This document shows, one piece after another, positions 12,081-23,139 of a stretch of DNA of 64,000 bases. Every line of letters starts with the position of its first letter. Positions within the stretch are counted from its first letter, which is position 1. The position numbers and the translations under genes were made by a program. The notes under the pieces were generated by a model that ran no database searches, was not told where the DNA came from, and saw only the letters and a program-made list of their open reading frames with translations. Origin of the DNA: a virus (Duplodnaviria; Caudoviricetes); IMG/VR virus record IMGVR_UViG_3300029705_000042. One strand, 5' to 3'.

Positions 12081-13331
12081 ATGATTGATGAAAATCAAAA
12101 GGTTATAGTAAGTTGGAATCCAAAAAATATAAATTATTATAAAAGTAAAGGATATACATTTACAAAATTATATGACGAGTTTGAAGTTTTTGTATGTGAC
12201 TTACATCCAAATTCAAATATTCTTTTGTCAAATGTGTGTGACCATTGTGGAAAAGAGTATGACATTTATTATAGTCATTATACGAGAGCAATGCTTAAAT
12301 TTGGTGAGGCTGTTTGTCAAGGTTGTGCATCAATTAGACAAGCAAAAAACACATTGGCACAAAGACAAGAAAATATGTATTCTAAAATATTAGAATTTTG
12401 TAAATTTTATAATTATAGTCTTGTCACCAGAAAAGAAGACTTAAAAAATGTTGATAGTGAAGTTGTTTATATTTGTCCTATTCACGGAGAAAATGTAACT
12501 AAAGTCAAAAATATTTTAAAAGGCAGTCAATGTTATAAGTGTAGTAGGGTGTTGGCATTAAAAAAGAAAAACTTAACAACATTAAAACAACGGCAAAATG
12601 ATTTATATCAAAAGGCGTTAAATGCATGTATGGAAAAGGGGTATGAGTTAATTACTCAAAAGACAGATATTATAAATAATACAACTTATATTGTATACAA
12701 ATGCCCTGTTCATGGTTTACAAAAAATGCGAATTTCAAATTTAATAAATGGGCGTGGTTGTCCTGAATGTAATTTTGATGCCAAAAGCGAAAAGTATAGA
12801 TTGTTGTCAGATGAAGTAGAAGAAAGAATAAGTGCTTTAGGTGGTAAACTTTTAAATAAAGAAGATTATATTAATCTAAATGAAAGAAATCTAATCATTG
12901 AATGTGCTTATTGTGGAACGCCATTTGTTACTTCCCTTGTACTTTTTACTCAACATGGTGGTCAAATGTGCGACAATTGTAAGGATACCGAAAGCATCGG
13001 TGAAAGACGAATCAGAAGTTATCTGGAATCAAATCATATTTTATTTGAACAAGAAAAATGGTTTTCTGACTGTAGAGATATTAAACCTCTTCCATTTGAT
13101 TTTTATTTGCCCGATTATAATATGCTCATAGAATTTGACGGTAAACAACATTACGAACAAGGTCATTTTACTCACTCACATTTATCATACACACAAGCAC
13201 ATGATGCTATAAAAAATAATTATTGTAAAGAAAACAATATCAATCTATTGAGAATTCCTTATTGGGATATTGATAAGATTGGAATAATATTAGATAATAA
13301 ACTTTTAATTTCACATAAAGATATAGTCTAA
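12081..13331 (+). CDS. Intron-encoded homing endonuclease (zinc-ribbon repeats + Vsr/DUF559-like domain), inserted in P8
   Basis: RBS AAGGTGGTG; CPxHG..GC..C repeats; PFDFYLPDYNMLIEFDGKQH; 3' end overlaps the P8/S elements. Confidence 0.8.
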   Translation: MIDENQKVIVSWNPKNINYYKSKGYTFTKLYDEFEVFVCDLHPNSNILLSNVCDHCGKEYDIYYSHYTRAMLKFGEAVCQGCASIRQAKNTLAQRQENMYSKILEFCKFYNYSLVTRKEDLKNVDSEVVYICPIHGENVTKVKNILKGSQCYKCSRVLALKKKNLTTLKQRQNDLYQKALNACMEKGYELITQKTDIINNTTYIVYKCPVHGLQKMRISNLINGRGCPECNFDAKSEKYRLLSDEVEERISALGGKLLNKEDYINLNERNLIIECAYCGTPFVTSLVLFTQHGGQMCDNCKDTESIGERRIRSYLESNHILFEQEKWFSDCRDIKPLPFDFYLPDYNMLIEFDGKQHYEQGHFTHSHLSYTQAHDAIKNNYCKENNINLLRIPYWDIDKIGIILDNKLLISHKDIV

Positions 13332-13401
13332 ACTCATATGAAAGTATGAGGGGTTATTAATTGACCCTCACTAATGTAGCGAATTAGTGAAAATATAATT
13401 G

Positions 13402-16149
13402 GAACTCGTAGTTAGAGATGGAAGATTTTTTACTATCGGTGACGAAGGTGCTCAATTCTTCCATTATAAAAAAAATGATATTATATTTAATGCTGCTCAA
13501 ACTGAATCTCTTTTTAAATATGGTGGCATTAAAGGTGCGAATCCAAGAGGTAAAATGCTTGCCAATGGTACTGCATTTGCTTCTGGTACTGCTTTTGCAT
13601 CTGGAACTGATAGTTTCGAAGAATCTTTTGACTGGATTGAAGTGGCAATTTCTCGTCTTGAACGAGCAATCAACAATCTTGAGCAAACGATAGATAGCAG
13701 TTATAAGTCTTGGGATAGCAGAGAATCTGCTCTTGGCGAAAAGATTGGCAAACTTGGTGAAGAAATTACAAAACAAACACAAGCAAAGAATTACTATAGT
13801 GGCAAGGCTTCGAGTGCTTATAATGATTTGTCATCTTATATTAGTAATACACGCCCAGACATTGCTAATGATTTCTTAACAAAGATTGCAAAAGGTACAA
13901 TTAATGTTCAAGATATTGATGACGAGAAACTTGCTGAAAAGGTAAAGGCATATCAAGATTGGTATGAAAAAGCGTTGGCAGCCGAAGACGCCGTTATTGA
14001 ATTAACGGCTGAAAAAATGGATGCTTATGCTAAATATTTTGATGATGTTGTATCTGAATATGAGGGTATCCTTCAAGGTTTTGACCACACAGAAACTATG
14101 CTTGATGAATATATTGCTCAAGCAGAAGCAAGAGGTCATATTGTAAGTAAGGATTATTATCAAGCATTAAAAGATAATAAAAACGCTGAATTGACTCAAT
14201 TAAGAGCGGAACAAGCCGCATTGATTGCCGAGAGAGATAAAGCTGAAGCAAATGGTATAACAAAATATTCTGAAGAATGGTACAACATGTGTGCTGAGAT
14301 AGATGGGGTTACACAGGCTATCGAAGAAGGTACCACTGCTCTTATTGAGTACGACAATGCAATGCGTGATATAGATTGGGAAGTTTTCGACTTAATGCAA
14401 GAGCGCATTTCTGATGTTGCAGAAGAAGCTAATTTCTTAATTGACCTTATGAGTTACGACAAACTTTTTGACGACAGCGGTAAGTTAACTGATAAGGGTA
14501 TGGCTACGATGGGTCTTCACGGTCAGAACTATAATACTTATATGTATCAAGCAGATGACTATGGCGCAAAAGTTAAAGAGATTGATAATAAGATTGCGTC
14601 TGGTAAACTTGACGGATATAGTAAAGATGTTATGGACAAGCGTCAAGAATATGCTGACTTACAACGAGAAGCAATTCTTAACGCCGAAGACGAAAAACAA
14701 GCCATCAAAGATTTGGTAGAAGAAGGCATAAACTTAGAATTAGAGGCGCTTCAAGAACGCATAGACCTTCACAATGAAGAACTTGATAGCATGAAAGACC
14801 TTTATGATTATCAGAAAAATGTACAAGAACAAACAGAAAATATTGCTTCTTTACAAAAGCAGCTTCACGCTTATGAAGGCTTTACGGATGAAGAAACTCG
14901 TGCAACTGTTCAAAAGTTAAAGGTTGAGTTGGAATCGGCGCAGCAAGATTTGCAGGAAACAGAGTATGACAAGTATATTGCAGACCAATCCGCTCTTCTC
15001 GATGAACTCTTTCTTGAGTATGAAAATGTTCTTAACACTCGTCTTGATGATACAAACGCACTTATTACACAAGTGATTGATGCGGTTAATATTGCTGCTG
15101 GTGCAGAAGGTACTATTGCTACCGCTTTGGGTTCAGAGGGTGCAATAGCCAAAGAATTAGTGGCTAATGGTGTTACAATTAAAACTACACTTGAAAACGA
15201 AGCAAAAAGTGTAGGCGCTACTCTTTCTACTGCTATGAAGGGTATTTGGAGTGTTGATGAAGGCAATGCTAAATCCGTATTGGAATTATATGGTAAAGGT
15301 TTTCAAGATAAGCAAACTACTACCAACTCAGTCTTGGGAGATATAAAGACTTATATTGGTAGAATGGTTGATGATGTAGATAAAGACGCACAAACGAAAA
15401 CGACGGCGAACAAAACGAGCACATCCGCCAAGAAAGACCCGACTAAAAATAGTAGTAGTTCCAATAAGGCATCCCCCTCTTCTGGTGGCAACAAAACCAC
15501 TGGCGGAGATGGCAAGGTTAAAATTGGCGACAAGGTTAAGTTCCTAAGTGGCAAGTATTATTATGACTCGCAAGGCGTGACCCCCGCTGGCTCCAAAAAT
15601 CACGGCAAACAAGTTTATATCACTAATATTAATAAGAAGAGTTGGGCTACTCACCCCTATCATATTAGTACTGGCAAGAAGCTTGGCAGTGGTGATTTAG
15701 GTTGGCTTAAACTTAATCAGATTAGCGGGTATGCAACTGGTAAGAAGAATTTCTTAGACAATGAAATTGCTTGGACTCAAGAAAATGGTCAGGAGTTCAT
15801 TGTAAGACCTTCTGATGGCGCTATTCTTACTCCTATTGCTAAAGGGGATAGTGTATTGACTTCTGCTGCAAGTAGCAACATTTGGGATATGGCTAACTCC
15901 CCTGCTGACTTCATAAAGGATAACTTGAATTTGGGTGCTACCAATGTTCCTAATAATTCTAATGTTAACAATAACACTGTGCAACATTTTGAAAATATTA
16001 CCTTTAGTATGCCCAATGTTAAGAATTACGAACAACTTCTGTCCGAAATGCAGAAGGATAAATCGTTTGAAAAATTGATATTGGCAATGACTGTTGACAG
16101 AATTGCTGGTGGCAGTTCCTTGGCTAAAAATAAGTCTATTAGAAAATAA
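13402..16149 (+). CDS. Tape measure protein, exon 3 (coiled coil, SH3-like C-terminal domain)
   Basis: In-frame continuation after intron 2; FDWIEVAISRL; KIGDKVK...GWLKLNQISGYATG; AWTQENGQEFIVRPSDGAILTP. Confidence 0.85.
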   Translation, partial: ELVVRDGRFFTIGDEGAQFFHYKKNDIIFNAAQTESLFKYGGIKGANPRGKMLANGTAFASGTAFASGTDSFEESFDWIEVAISRLERAINNLEQTIDSSYKSWDSRESALGEKIGKLGEEITKQTQAKNYYSGKASSAYNDLSSYISNTRPDIANDFLTKIAKGTINVQDIDDEKLAEKVKAYQDWYEKALAAEDAVIELTAEKMDAYAKYFDDVVSEYEGILQGFDHTETMLDEYIAQAEARGHIVSKDYYQALKDNKNAELTQLRAEQAALIAERDKAEANGITKYSEEWYNMCAEIDGVTQAIEEGTTALIEYDNAMRDIDWEVFDLMQERISDVAEEANFLIDLMSYDKLFDDSGKLTDKGMATMGLHGQNYNTYMYQADDYGAKVKEIDNKIASGKLDGYSKDVMDKRQEYADLQREAILNAEDEKQAIKDLVEEGINLELEALQERIDLHNEELDSMKDLYDYQKNVQEQTENIASLQKQLHAYEGFTDEETRATVQKLKVELESAQQDLQETEYDKYIADQSALLDELFLEYENVLNTRLDDTNALITQVIDAVNIAAGAEGTIATALGSEGAIAKELVANGVTIKTTLENEAKSVGATLSTAMKGIWSVDEGNAKSVLELYGKGFQDKQTTTNSVLGDIKTYIGRMVDDVDKDAQTKTTANKTSTSAKKDPTKNSSSSNKASPSSGGNKTTGGDGKVKIGDKVKFLSGKYYYDSQGVTPAGSKNHGKQVYITNINKKSWATHPYHISTGKKLGSGDLGWLKLNQISGYATGKKNFLDNEIAWTQENGQEFIVRPSDGAILTPIAKGDSVLTSAASSNIWDMANSPADFIKDNLNLGATNVPNNSNVNNNTVQHFENITFSMPNVKNYEQLLSEMQKDKSFEKLILAMTVDRIAGGSSLAKNKSIRK

Positions 16150-16159
16150 TTTGATTTTT

Positions 16160-16195
16160 TAGAGAGATGCACACCGATGCATCTCTCTAATCTTT
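16160..16195 (+). terminator. Hairpin terminator after the TMP gene
   Basis: TAGAGAGATGCA...TGCATCTCTCTA inverted repeat. Confidence 0.6.
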
Positions 16196-16228
16196 GTGGT
16201 GAAATTTAATAATTGGAGGTTGACCGAT

Positions 16229-17140
16229 ATGTTGAAAAAGAAAACGCACGAAGAATATGTTGTCGAAGCTGGATTAAAAAATCCGAATATTGAAGTTATC
16301 GGTCAATATATTGGTGCCAATATAAAAATTAAACATCGCTGTAAAATATGTGGGTTTGAATGGGATATAAGACCTGCCCATGTGTTAAATGGGATTGAAT
16401 GTAAACAATGCATTGTGCATCGTAGGAAGAAAACATATGAACATTATAAATCTGAAGTTGCTCTTATTAATCCAAATATTGAAGTGATTGAAGAATATCA
16501 AAATTCTTTTACAAAAATTAAGCATCGTTGCAAAAAATGCGGAAATGAATGGTTGGCAACTCCGCATAATATACTTAAAGGAAGGGGCTGTCCAGAATGT
16601 TGTTTTCGTTTGCATCCTTCAAAAACAAAAAAGGAACATATTGATATATTAAAAACACTTAGTCCACATATTGAATTAGTCGGAGATTATGTGAGTGCCA
16701 GAAAGAAAACTTTGTATCGTTGTTTGCAGTGTGGCAATGAGTGGCTGGCATTTCCGACAAATATGTTGGCTGGCTATGGATGTCCAGAGTGTGCCGCAAG
16801 TTCTGGAGAGCAACGCATAAAACAATGGTTGTTTGATTTTGGGTTTAAATATGAGTTTCAAAAACGATTTGAAGATTGTAAAGATAAAAAACAATTACCT
16901 TTTGATTTTTATTTACCAGATTATAATTGTTGCATAGAATACGATGGTCGTCAACATTTTCAAGCAATTGAATATTGGGGCGGCGAAGAAGTTTTTCAAC
17001 TAACGCAATTTCATGACCAAATTAAAAACGATTATTGCAAAGAAAATAATATACGCCTCATCCGTATTAAATATGATGAGGATGTATCTGAGGTTTTAAG
17101 TAATGCATTTGGATTAGTCATGTTAAATAAAGCGTTATAA
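16229..17140 (+). CDS. Free-standing homing endonuclease of the same family as the intron 1/2 ORFs
   Basis: RBS GGAGG; three NPNIEVI..Y....KIKHRCK.CG.EW...P...L.G.GCP.C repeats; PFDFYLPDYNCCIEYDGRQH; no intron core motifs seen in the flanks. Confidence 0.8.
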   Translation: MLKKKTHEEYVVEAGLKNPNIEVIGQYIGANIKIKHRCKICGFEWDIRPAHVLNGIECKQCIVHRRKKTYEHYKSEVALINPNIEVIEEYQNSFTKIKHRCKKCGNEWLATPHNILKGRGCPECCFRLHPSKTKKEHIDILKTLSPHIELVGDYVSARKKTLYRCLQCGNEWLAFPTNMLAGYGCPECAASSGEQRIKQWLFDFGFKYEFQKRFEDCKDKKQLPFDFYLPDYNCCIEYDGRQHFQAIEYWGGEEVFQLTQFHDQIKNDYCKENNIRLIRIKYDEDVSEVLSNAFGLVMLNKAL

Positions 17141-17273
17141 CTAATAAATTTATAAATATATGGATGTTATAGGGAGTGTAAAATATGCAATGAAAATATA
17201 CAGATTTTGTACTCCCCTCTTATGTAAAAGGTGCAAATAATGCACCTTATTTTAACTTATGAGGTGCAAGAAA

Positions 17274-17582
17274 ATGAATGAAAAGAATAAAAGATATGAA
17301 AAGAGACTGGCGTTTCAACAGAAAATGATTACTCGTCAATCCGAACAGATTGATGATTTAAAATTTAAAAATGAAAAACTTGAGCAAAAGCTTAGGGAAA
17401 AAGATGAATTTATTATGTCGATTGAAACAATGAGAAAAGAAATGACAGAAAATCTCAAAGAACAAAAACGATTAAAAAATGAATATAAAGAACTTATTTT
17501 AGAACTGAAAAAAATGAAGAGTATAATGAATCAGACCGTATTCCGAGGTAGATGGTGGTTAATTAAACTCTTATTAAAATAG
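17274..17582 (+). CDS. Hypothetical coiled-coil protein
   Basis: RBS GAGGTG; heptad-rich ORF. Confidence 0.65.
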   Translation: MNEKNKRYEKRLAFQQKMITRQSEQIDDLKFKNEKLEQKLREKDEFIMSIETMRKEMTENLKEQKRLKNEYKELILELKKMKSIMNQTVFRGRWWLIKLLLK

Positions 17583-17616
17583 ATAAAATTATAAAGAAAG
17601 GAGATGAACGAAGGCT

Positions 17617-18579
17617 ATGAAAGCATACGACTTCGAATGCGACAAAAGGCGTTTGAGCGAGTTTGGTTATATCCTCTGTTCTTTTGGCGACAAAGGACTT
17701 GAAACTGTATCTGATGGTTGTGATATAACATTTAACACAATTCCAACTATGTACGGTTTAAAACACAACCTTATAAGTACTCAGTATGAAGATTGTCTGG
17801 AGACCACATTGCAAATATGTAAACACTCTTGTAATGGTGGTATTCAAGAAATAACTGAATCAGAGCATAGAGAACTCACCAAATGGCTTGGCAGACGAAA
17901 ATTCTTAAAATTCAAAATCCTTGATGAAAGCCATATTGACCTCTATTATGAGGCTGCCTTTGGTATTAGTAAAATCGAAATAGACGGTAAGTTATTTGGT
18001 TTTGAATTGGAAGTAAAAACCAATCGCCCCTTTGCCCTTAAAGAGCCACGAACAATTAATGTTGTTTGTGAAGAAGGCAAGGAAGTTTATGGTTGGAAAA
18101 AATATCAGACCGACCCTGAGATTACTATGCTCGGATATGTCACTTCGACCGACGAAAATGCTTATCCCCAAGGAAAAGTTGATGAAAATGATAATATCAT
18201 AGAAGGCGCTCATACAGACGGCTATCAATATGTAACACTTGGCAAAGTTTATAAGGCTTCTCTAAATGATACTTCTTATGAAGAAGGATATATTTATCCT
18301 GAAATGGAAATTACAATCAAAAAAGACGGCGATTTGAGAATCCATAATGCTATGGAAAACAGAGAAACTTATATTGCCAACTGTAAAGTCAATGAAGTTA
18401 TAACTTTTGATTATCCTGTTATTCGGTCTTCTGATTCATCTCACATTATACAAAACGATTTTAACTGGACTTTCTTTAGAATTGCGAATACTTACGATAA
18501 CAGCAGAAATGATTTAGTTATCTCCCTCCCATGCTTTATCAAAATCAAGTATTCACCCATTGTTAAAGTTGGTATTTAA
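17617..18579 (+). CDS. Putative distal tail protein (Dit-like)
   Basis: Position after the TMP; N-terminal DF......LSEFG and ELEVKTNRPFA motifs typical of siphophage Dit-like proteins. Confidence 0.65.
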   Translation: MKAYDFECDKRRLSEFGYILCSFGDKGLETVSDGCDITFNTIPTMYGLKHNLISTQYEDCLETTLQICKHSCNGGIQEITESEHRELTKWLGRRKFLKFKILDESHIDLYYEAAFGISKIEIDGKLFGFELEVKTNRPFALKEPRTINVVCEEGKEVYGWKKYQTDPEITMLGYVTSTDENAYPQGKVDENDNIIEGAHTDGYQYVTLGKVYKASLNDTSYEEGYIYPEMEITIKKDGDLRIHNAMENRETYIANCKVNEVITFDYPVIRSSDSSHIIQNDFNWTFFRIANTYDNSRNDLVISLPCFIKIKYSPIVKVGI

Positions 18580-18591
18580 GGTGGTGATATT

Positions 18592-21500
18592 ATGGCTATT
18601 AATCTAAAATTTGATTTAATGGGTAATCCAGAGCCACCTTCGATAGTGCTGGCAAATCGTAATGGAAACAAATTAGGACAATTGGATGTAGATGCTAAAA
18701 GCATTGATGTGAAAGACCTTCTTGAGACATCTGAATTTACATTTACATTAAATAAATATGTGGACGGCAAACTCACAAACTTATGGGATAAAGTTGTCGA
18801 TTTCAAACTCGTATACTGTCCAGAATGGGATTTATGGTATGGCATCAAGGTTGAACTTGATGAAGCAACCGAAACTGTTAAGACGGTGTTTTGTACTCAG
18901 TTAGGGCAAGAAGAATTGTCTCAGATAAGAGTATATAATGTCGAAATTAATACAGAAGCAGACATTGCAAGAGACGATTATAAAATAAGTATTTTATATG
19001 ACGAAGATAATCCTGATGCTTCAATCTTGCATAGAGTAATGTCAAAAGCTCCCCACTATTCTATCGCTTATATAGACGAAAGTCTTAAAAGAATACAAAA
19101 GAGTTTTTCTTTTGACGACGCTTCTATCTGCGATGTCTTTGACAAGATTGAAGAAGAAGTTGGATGCTTAGTTGTCTATAATTCTAATTCCGATAAAAAC
19201 GGAATGCCAAAGAGAGATGTGTCAATTTATGATTTGCTTCAAAATTGTAAGAATCCCAATTGCAAGCATAGAGGTGAGTTTACTGATAAGTGCCCCAAAT
19301 GTGGCGGCACAGACATTGACTATGGTTATGGTGAAGATACTACAATCTTTGTGACTTCAGACGAACTTGCCACCGAGGGTATTCAACTCGTGACAGATAC
19401 AGATTCGGTTAAGAACTGTTTTAAACTTGAAGCTGGCGATGATTTGATGACGGCAACTGTCCGCAACTGCAATCCAAATGGCTCTGACTATATTTGGTAT
19501 TTTTCTGATGCAGTTAAAGAAGATATGTCAAAAGAATTGGTTGAAGCAATAGAGGGTTATGATGCCAAGTATAAAGAATATTATGAGTCTCATATTTCTA
19601 ACTTAGACACAAATTTAGTAAGTCAATACAACGCTCTTGTAAATAAATATGGACAATATTATAATACCAAATCAACCTGTATAAATTGTAAGTACGAAGG
19701 ATATTTTGAAGATGAATGTCCCTCGTGTCATAGCGCAAGCATTTTAACAGGAAGAAGTCTACAAACTATTGATACACCAATTACTGGTTATCCTGCCTTG
19801 ATGAATGCTTATTACAATACGATTGATTTAGCTTTGTATCTTGAGTCTGGTCTTATGCCAAGTATTGAAATAAGCAAAACAAGCGCAAAAGAACAATTGG
19901 ATTTGTTGACCACCTCTTCCCTCTCTCCTGTTGCTGTTAATGTAGAGAATATAAATAATGTATCTTTAGCAACCGCTAATAGCGCTGTATTGTCTATGGC
20001 AAAGGTTGTTGTTAAGCCGACTTATAAAGTTCAAATCAAAACATCCGAACTTTCTGCCGATAAGAAACTTTGGCAAGGTCAATTTATTGTTACCAATTAT
20101 TCTGACGAAAATGACACGGCTTCTAGTGACGACAATGAGTACACTAATGTAACAATTAATAATGATACAAAAGAATTTATACAACAAAAAATAGAAAAGG
20201 CATTAAACAAGGAAAATACAGATGATTATAGTATTTCTGGTTTGTTTGAAAAAGATTATGATGATTTTTGTGCAGAATTAAAAAAATATGCACTTAACCC
20301 ATTGAATAGTTTTTATGACGCTTGCGATGCTTGCCTTAATATATTGGTGGAACAAGGCGTTGGAAGTCCAAATGAGGATTCTGACGAAAACACCAATGAA
20401 GATTCGGATTTATATAAAGAGTTGTATGAACCTTATTATAACAAATCTGTTGCTATCGCAAACGAAATAAAACTCAGAGAAAATGAAATTGCTATAATCA
20501 AAGGTGTCTATAATAAGGATGAAGAAAGTGACAAGCCAGATATTGATGGTTTGCAGACCAACATTATAGATTGTCGAAATGCAATTCAAGAAGAATTAAA
20601 TTTTGAAAAGTATTTGGGCGAAAGTTTATGGTTAGAATTTTGCGCTTATCGTAGAGAAGATAAATATTCAAATAGTAACTATGTTTCTGATGGCTTAAAT
20701 AATGCAGAACTATTTGAAAAAGCAAATGAGTTTATTGAAGTTGCAGAACAAGAGATTTTTAAATCCGCTGAATTACAGCATTCTATTTCTGCCACTCTAA
20801 ACAATCTGCTGTCTCACCCAAAATTCAAGCGCCTACTTAAATATTTTAAAACTGGAAACTGGATAAGAGTTCAAGTTGACGACAAGGTTTATAAGTTGAG
20901 GTTACTTGAATATAATTTTAATTATGGCGATTTAGAAAACATACCTGTTGAATTTTCAGATGTAACTAAAATTAAAAATGGCACAACCGATGTGCAAGAT
21001 ATCTTTTCACAAGCGGCTTCTATGGCTTCGTCCTATGATTCGGTTCAAAGACAAGCTAAGAAAGGTAATGTGGCAAGAAGCACCATTGACCAATGGTTGG
21101 TTGATGGATTGAATGCTGCTAATGTGCAAATACAAAGTAATAACAGCGAAGAAATTTTGCTTACTAAGAACGGTTTATTGGCTCGTTCTTATAGTGATAT
21201 TACAGGAACATATTCGCCTGAACAGTTAAAGATAACTCATAACATTATGGCTTATACCGATGATAATTGGCAAACGGTAAGACAATCTATTGGTAAGCAC
21301 GAATATAAATATTTTGACCAAAGTGAAGATAAACTTGTTAATACAACGGGATATGGAATGAATGCTGATTTTGCTAACGCTGCTGTACTTTGTGGTTCAC
21401 AGATGATTGGCGGTGATATATATTCTAACAATTATTCTAAGACTGTTGTTGATGGCAAAACAATTATTACTGGTTCTCACATAGACCTTGAGGAAGGTAA

Positions 21501-23139
21501 TTTTAGTCTTGCTGGTGGTAAACTGTCATACGATGGCGGAGAATTAATCATTGTTGGCAATATTGAAGTTACCACTGCTGGTAGAATTGGTTGCTGGGAC
21601 ATTAATGAGACTTCAATATACAAAGATTCTGCTGCTTTTGGCGATACCAATGGTATGTATTTTGGTGTACAAGGTTTAAGTCTTGGAGATGATTTTAAGG
21701 TTGAACCATCTGGTCTTGCTACAATGACCAATGCCAATGTGAGTGGCACTATTACTGCCTCTGATATCATAGGCAATAATATTGAAGGTGGCACTATTAC
21801 TGGTACCAAAATTAATGGTGTTGATATTACTGCTGGTAGTACATTGAAGGTTGGCGAACAAAAAGATGAAGAAGGAAATGTTGTTGGCTATAATACTTGG
21901 ATTTCAGAAGATGGAACATTAACTGCGGACTATGCCAGCATTGGCGGCGAGATACGGGCTGCAAGCGGTTCTATTGGCGGCTTTACTATTGAGACCACTG
22001 AAATCGAAGAAGACGGAAGCAAGTCTGGCGGTTGGTTATATAGCGGTGAATTTATTGGTTCTGATAAAAGCATATTTTTGAGTGCAACCGATATGAATGG
22101 TTCCGCTGGCTTTTTTGAAAATGATAATAGAGACGACGGCGATGAAATTAATGATTGGCGGTTGGCTATTGGCAGTCGTTTTGGTGTAACAAGAGACGGT
22201 TCTTTATATACCAGCAATTGTACGATTACGGGTGGCTCTTTGAAAATTGAGAGTAGTGAAGGCGGATATCATACTTGGATTTCAGAAGAGGGTGTATTAA
22301 ATGCTAATGGCGTTAATATTAGCGGAGCAATAAACGCCGTTGAAGGTTCAATTGGCGGTTGGCAAATTAAGTCAAATAGATTGCATAATTCGTTTAGTGG
22401 ACAAGGTGGGGTTTATGATGTTGGATTGTCAAATATTAGAGTTAAATATAGCGAAGTTTGTCATGTGATTGGTATTGGCGACTACGGAGACTCTTTACAA
22501 GAACAGTCAGCAAATATAGGCGATTGCGTTATTGATACATATGATGATTCTAATATTATGTATATGTATGATTTGTATGGATGGGTTAGTTATGGAAACG
22601 CCTCAGACTATGAATGTTTATATGCCAAAAACGATATTGCTTATGGCAATATAACTATTACTGCAGATACAAACTTTATATGGGAAGACAACGAACCTGT
22701 TCCGATATCTGTTGTAGACCCTACTGAAAGACTGTTTTATGTTCGTGCAACTTCAACAAATAATGGCACTATAAAGTATCCATTTTATATAACAGGTGAA
22801 GGTTATTTATATTCTGAAAATGCCAATATCGAAGGTACAATTAATGCTACTTATGGAAACATTGGTGGATGGCTTATTGATGGTAATTCTTTAATAGGCG
22901 ATGGAGTTGGTATGAGTAGCAAAGATTCAGACTATGTGTTTTGGGCTGGAAACGACAAGGCAGAGCTGTCACCTTTTCGAATAAATAATGATGGCGAAGT
23001 TCACGCAACAACGCTGACATTCACAGAACATAGTTTTACACTGAATAAAAAGGTGTATGCATTTTCAAGCCTTGACGAATTATGCGCTCAGCTTGCACTT
23101 GCAATGGAAGTTATAGATAATGACATTTTGCCATCATAA
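18592..23139 (+). CDS. Putative tail tip/Tal-like baseplate hub protein with beta-rich C-terminal extension
   Basis: Follows Dit; 1515 aa; repeated G.I.A..G.IGG[WF].I motifs in the C-terminal third. Confidence 0.7.
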   Translation: MAINLKFDLMGNPEPPSIVLANRNGNKLGQLDVDAKSIDVKDLLETSEFTFTLNKYVDGKLTNLWDKVVDFKLVYCPEWDLWYGIKVELDEATETVKTVFCTQLGQEELSQIRVYNVEINTEADIARDDYKISILYDEDNPDASILHRVMSKAPHYSIAYIDESLKRIQKSFSFDDASICDVFDKIEEEVGCLVVYNSNSDKNGMPKRDVSIYDLLQNCKNPNCKHRGEFTDKCPKCGGTDIDYGYGEDTTIFVTSDELATEGIQLVTDTDSVKNCFKLEAGDDLMTATVRNCNPNGSDYIWYFSDAVKEDMSKELVEAIEGYDAKYKEYYESHISNLDTNLVSQYNALVNKYGQYYNTKSTCINCKYEGYFEDECPSCHSASILTGRSLQTIDTPITGYPALMNAYYNTIDLALYLESGLMPSIEISKTSAKEQLDLLTTSSLSPVAVNVENINNVSLATANSAVLSMAKVVVKPTYKVQIKTSELSADKKLWQGQFIVTNYSDENDTASSDDNEYTNVTINNDTKEFIQQKIEKALNKENTDDYSISGLFEKDYDDFCAELKKYALNPLNSFYDACDACLNILVEQGVGSPNEDSDENTNEDSDLYKELYEPYYNKSVAIANEIKLRENEIAIIKGVYNKDEESDKPDIDGLQTNIIDCRNAIQEELNFEKYLGESLWLEFCAYRREDKYSNSNYVSDGLNNAELFEKANEFIEVAEQEIFKSAELQHSISATLNNLLSHPKFKRLLKYFKTGNWIRVQVDDKVYKLRLLEYNFNYGDLENIPVEFSDVTKIKNGTTDVQDIFSQAASMASSYDSVQRQAKKGNVARSTIDQWLVDGLNAANVQIQSNNSEEILLTKNGLLARSYSDITGTYSPEQLKITHNIMAYTDDNWQTVRQSIGKHEYKYFDQSEDKLVNTTGYGMNADFANAAVLCGSQMIGGDIYSNNYSKTVVDGKTIITGSHIDLEEGNFSLAGGKLSYDGGELIIVGNIEVTTAGRIGCWDINETSIYKDSAAFGDTNGMYFGVQGLSLGDDFKVEPSGLATMTNANVSGTITASDIIGNNIEGGTITGTKINGVDITAGSTLKVGEQKDEEGNVVGYNTWISEDGTLTADYASIGGEIRAASGSIGGFTIETTEIEEDGSKSGGWLYSGEFIGSDKSIFLSATDMNGSAGFFENDNRDDGDEINDWRLAIGSRFGVTRDGSLYTSNCTITGGSLKIESSEGGYHTWISEEGVLNANGVNISGAINAVEGSIGGWQIKSNRLHNSFSGQGGVYDVGLSNIRVKYSEVCHVIGIGDYGDSLQEQSANIGDCVIDTYDDSNIMYMYDLYGWVSYGNASDYECLYAKNDIAYGNITITADTNFIWEDNEPVPISVVDPTERLFYVRATSTNNGTIKYPFYITGEGYLYSENANIEGTINATYGNIGGWLIDGNSLIGDGVGMSSKDSDYVFWAGNDKAELSPFRINNDGEVHATTLTFTEHSFTLNKKVYAFSSLDELCAQLALAMEVIDNDILPS

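Larger units (their letters stand above)
11779..13401 (+). mobile_element. Group I intron 2 (1623 nt) in the tape measure gene
   Basis: P1 GGTCGT/GCGACC with U-G pair; P AATTGCTGGAAA, Q AATCAGCAGC, R GTTCAACGACTA, S AAGATATAGTCT; terminal G13401; splicing gives GGELGR-ELVVRDGRFF. Confidence 0.92.

Noticed and set aside
819-16149. TMP fragments as pseudogene, frameshift, stop-codon recoding or intein
   Set aside because: The gaps contain complete group I core motifs and splice back in frame; other genes read normally in code 11
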